Source: a virus
Taxonomy: Duplodnaviria; Heunggongvirae; Uroviricota; Caudoviricetes
Reading direction: 5' to 3' (one strand)
DNA length: 64,000 nucleotides
Virus record (IMG/VR): IMGVR_UViG_2851938318_000001
Part shown: positions 61,319-64,000 of the stretch, piece after piece
How positions within the stretch are numbered: position 1 is the stretch's first letter
How the letters are laid out: each line of letters starts with the position of its first letter
Program-made: the position numbers and the translations under genes
Notes under the pieces: generated by a model
The model's database searches: none
The model's input: the letters and a program-made list of their open reading frames with translations, nothing else
Told to the model about the DNA's origin: nothing

Positions 61319-62358
61319 AAAATATCCAATTTGCTCAGATCAAATCCGCCGTCAGTATCGTGGACAATCTTGCAATAAGCAGATACCGACTCTCCCAGGC
61401 TATCGATTTTGCTGGTTTCAGTTGTGCTGGCTGTCCCTTCCATCATTGATGACTTACGGATGAAGTTGCACACGACACCTTTTGCACCCATTGTTTTGAG
61501 GATGTTCTGGTACTTAATGCCTTCTTCATCGTTCTCAATTACGGCGCGGAAACGCACGTAGTTGCCGCGAATTTGGTCATCAGCAACATCATCTTCCAGG
61601 TTAATGAATTTAGGCGCACTGGTTTCGTAGTGACTGAAACTGCCGTCCGGGTTTACGATCATGTAGCCAGCCAGAGATCCAACATCTCCCCAATTTTGAT
61701 GAGTCAGTGCACCGACACTGATAACTCCAGGAATGACCTCTTTGTGGTTGTGGTAATGCCCACTAAGCACGAGACGAAAGCCGATATCCTTTAACTCCTG
61801 CGCATCGATACCGACGTCAGGCATTGTTGGAATGGCTTTGTTAATGGATGTATGGATAACAACGTCATGATTATCACCTTCTACGCTCTTACGTAATGCT
61901 TTCAGATCGCTGATAAGCTCCGCATGATTGTTACGCCAGCTAATCAGGTGGACAGTCACATCACCAATTTTTATTGAGTGTGGGCGCTTGCCACATACGA
62001 TTACCACGCCGATAGAACTCAGCGATGCTGCTGCGTTGGCGCTATATACTGAATCGTTGGTTTCAAGATCGTGATTACCGGCCAGCATTACTACTGTCAG
62101 ATCAAGCTCGTTGATAATCCACTTGTACGTTTCAGTTACGTAATGCAAAACAGAAGGGGACACAGTTCCTCGGACGTGAAATGTATCACCGGCAACCAAC
62201 ATGTACTTACAACCGGCCTTCTTCATGGCGATGGCTGCTTCTTTCGTTGCTTCCAACTGTATTTCAAGTCTGGAGTTAAGCCCCTCAGCGTTCGTCGTGG
62301 AGAACGCATCCCATTTGTGGTAGTGGCAGTCAGAAATGACGCCGTATGGCAAAGTCAT
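61273..62358 (-). CDS. SbcD/Mre11-like nuclease (calcineurin-like phosphoesterase)
   Basis: metallophosphatase motifs DCHYH, GDTFH, GNHD; paired with SbcC-like gene. Confidence 0.8.
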   Translation of the reverse strand: MTLPYGVISDCHYHKWDAFSTTNAEGLNSRLEIQLEATKEAAIAMKKAGCKYMLVAGDTFHVRGTVSPSVLHYVTETYKWIINELDLTVVMLAGNHDLETNDSVYSANAAASLSSIGVVIVCGKRPHSIKIGDVTVHLISWRNNHAELISDLKALRKSVEGDNHDVVIHTSINKAIPTMPDVGIDAQELKDIGFRLVLSGHYHNHKEVIPGVISVGALTHQNWGDVGSLAGYMIVNPDGSFSHYETSAPKFINLEDDVADDQIRGNYVRFRAVIENDEEGIKYQNILKTMGAKGVVCNFIRKSSMMEGTASTTETSKIDSLGESVSAYCKIVHDTDGGFDLSKLDILCQEILTEAESSEAV

Positions 62359-62612
62359 GTGTTTTTCCTTTGTGGTTATTTTGATACAAATTCTAAGAGC
62401 AATGAGGAGGTAAACAACTATGCATAACGGTATGTTAGGAATGAAACGAGCGCCTTAATATACAAAATTTATAAGTAAGTATATACCTATTTATCGTGGC
62501 GCAACTTTGCTTGTCTGTATGACTAAAAATAAGACTGGATCACTGTAGAACGCTATGAGAGCTATTTTGAGGGGGCGTAGATTCTATCTACGCCAATATA
62601 CGATCTGGAGGG

Positions 62613-63257
62613 TTACAGCGCGTCAGTGGGCTTTTTACGCGCTGCATTTATGCTTATGACGCCAGCTTTAGGACGTGGATCGACAAGGTTCAGTTCTTCT
62701 TCGCTATGGTATTCAAGGTCGAACTCACGTTTTACATGTCTGATGTAGATTGCAGTGAGCAGGCTATCTTTGGTCAGGAAGTGTCCGTAGGATTTGCGGA
62801 TCACTTCTTCAACCTTCTCGATTTTCTCACCACCCATGCAGAGGTGATTAAACCGGCTGTGTTTCCGCAACATCTCGTCAACTGGGCCTGAGTAAACCTT
62901 GTCTACTTTCCCAAAACGAATGATTTTTCCTGTATCTGCGGATACAAGGCAAATCAGTTTGTCTGGTGATAAACGATCTCGCCACGTTACTCCTGAACGG
63001 AGTGTGTTGAAGTAGGGCGCATCCAATCCGATGATCGGTTTACGAAATGCGAGCAATGGAACGTACCTGATACAACTATTCAAATGAAAGTTCACACCAG
63101 CCTTATCAAGTTTAATTCTGGTTTCGTAGATCGGGCACTTCGCCGCTATACCGCAGATATCACAAAGTAACTTCTGCTTATTCAGGTTGGAATTTGATTC
63201 GATAGTGTAGGAGCCGTCCTCAAGACGACGAACCCAGCGCGTGCGTTTTAGATCCAT
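62613..63257 (-). CDS. hypothetical protein with CxxC...C cluster, adjacent to origin-like repeats
   Basis: 214 aa; CDICGIAAKC motif; start faces the iteron region. Confidence 0.4.
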   Translation of the reverse strand: MDLKRTRWVRRLEDGSYTIESNSNLNKQKLLCDICGIAAKCPIYETRIKLDKAGVNFHLNSCIRYVPLLAFRKPIIGLDAPYFNTLRSGVTWRDRLSPDKLICLVSADTGKIIRFGKVDKVYSGPVDEMLRKHSRFNHLCMGGEKIEKVEEVIRKSYGHFLTKDSLLTAIYIRHVKREFDLEYHSEEELNLVDPRPKAGVISINAARKKPTDAL

Positions 63258-63344
63258 AATCGTTTTTTCAGTAGTTATTGGCCGATGCTACGATAACTCA
63301 TTAGGCATACCTTAATCTGCATTTGCCTGTTTTACTTATCCCAG

Positions 63345-63420
63345 TTATCCACTGGATAGATCCAAATAAGAGATCCCAAGTAAGATCAAATAGAAGATCC
63401 AAAGAGATCCCCGATCGCCT
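63345..63420. repeat. DnaA-box-like site plus phased AAGAGATCC-type repeats (about 11 bp period)
   Basis: ttatccact at 63345; taagagatccc / aagtaagatc / aatagaagatcc / aaagagatcccc. Confidence 0.5.
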
Positions 63421-63454
63421 CTAGCCGTTGCGGTTACTGGTCTGAAAGGGTGTT

Positions 63455-63565
63455 GCCATCCACTATGGAGAGCAAAGAAACCTCTGTAGAGAGCTGAATA
63501 ACCGCTATGAAGAGTAAAACAACCACTCTGGAGAGCTGTATATATCCACTGTAGAGAGTAGAGCA
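63455..63565. repeat. iteron array 1 (5 x about 21 bp, core AWCCRCTRTRGAGAG)
   Basis: atccactatggagagc, aacctctgtagagagc, aaccgctatgaagagt, aaccactctggagagc, atccactgtagagagt. Confidence 0.75.
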
Positions 63566-63730
63566 CATTGTCTTTTATGGATAACTTAATGACTTAATTC
63601 TTCATTAACATACTGATATACATAGATATATTTTAAACTCTACTCTTAGTCATGATTCTTATGTCCTTAAATATCCACAGAAGAGTAGAGTTACCTGTTC
63701 TTGAAATCCTCTGATTTTTATCCACAGGCC
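63566..63730. promoter_or_regulatory. AT-rich spacer with DnaA boxes (origin-like)
   Basis: TTATCCACA at 63718-63726, ATATCCACA at 63673-63681, tatggataa at 63576; inverted agagtagag repeats. Confidence 0.55.
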
Positions 63731-63734
63731 CGAT

Positions 63735-63800
63735 CCAGTAATTCAGATCACAAAGAGAACCAAAGAGACCCATAAAGACCCAATAAGATCCCCGCCCACC
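63735..63800. repeat. second set of phased AAAGAGAMC repeats
   Basis: caaagagaacc / aaagagaccc / ataaagaccc / aataagatcccc. Confidence 0.5.
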
Positions 63801-63838
63801 TCAAACCGTTGTGCCATCTGCCTTCAGACATGATCGAT

Positions 63839-63962
63839 ATCCACTATAGAGAGCGAATAATCCACTATAGGGAGCAAAGCAACCACTATAGAGAGGAGAA
63901 AAACCACTATAGACGGTAGGATAACCGCTGTGATGAGTGCTACTATCCACTGTAATCAGCAA
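63839..63962. repeat. iteron array 2 (6 x about 21 bp)
   Basis: atccactatagagagc, atccactatagggagc, aaccactatagagagg, aaccactatagacggt, aaccgctgtgatgagt, atccactgtaatcagc. Confidence 0.75.
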
Positions 63963-64000
63963 AGGCCACCAAAGCCGTCGAATAACAAGAGACATTTGGA

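Noticed and set aside
63839-63962. T7-promoter-like strings (CCACTATAGGGAGC) and a possible CRISPR array
   Set aside because: The strings are units of an about 21-bp tandem iteron array with no unique spacers of CRISPR size; no single-subunit RNA polymerase or cas genes in the window.
63345-63995. ORFs 63345..63566 and 63801..63995 (repetitive SGY-rich peptides)
   Set aside because: They are read straight through the iteron arrays; the amino-acid periodicity mirrors the DNA repeat.
1-64000. tRNA genes
   Set aside because: No convincing cloverleaf with a GGTTCGAAT-type T-arm was spotted by eye in intergenic regions; a tRNAscan-SE run is needed to be sure.

Overview
The window reads as one large siphovirus-type phage genome, with almost every gene on the minus strand. 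It has three blocks: a virion module (1-15 kb: tape measure, tail chaperone pair, Ig-domain major tail protein, connectors, capsid, scaffold, portal, terminase large and small subunits); an AT-rich accessory block with a divergent SF2 helicase and many small early genes (18-30 kb); and a DNA/nucleotide-metabolism module (39-63 kb: two orphan N6-adenine methyltransferases, RNase HI, DHFR, thymidylate synthase, NrdA/NrdB, RuvC-like resolvase, SbcCD-like nuclease). Three things interrupt or extend this picture. (1) A clean ~3.4 kb block of Escherichia coli chromosome, metG and divergent apbC/mrp with native terminators, sits inside the phage backbone with no mobility signature at either junction. 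(2) A complete IS629-type IS3-family element with a 3-bp target duplication disrupts a phage DEDDh exonuclease gene. (3) The last ~650 bp hold two iteron arrays, phased A-tract repeats and DnaA boxes, i.e. a plasmid-like origin, suggesting a phage-plasmid lifestyle (SSU5/pHCM2-like is a guess from memory). The regulatory architecture is unusually repetitive: a ~35-nt promoter/operator unit recurs at least 10 times, an AT-rich palindrome recurs at about 12 gene junctions, and two CCGTTTCC-type repeat arrays bracket the small-gene cluster next to an ~0.75 kb ORF-free region with extreme GT/CA strand skew. All identifications are by eye and recall of protein families; no database search was run. 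ORF-track starts include GTG/TTG and are approximate. No tRNA or CRISPR array was recognised.
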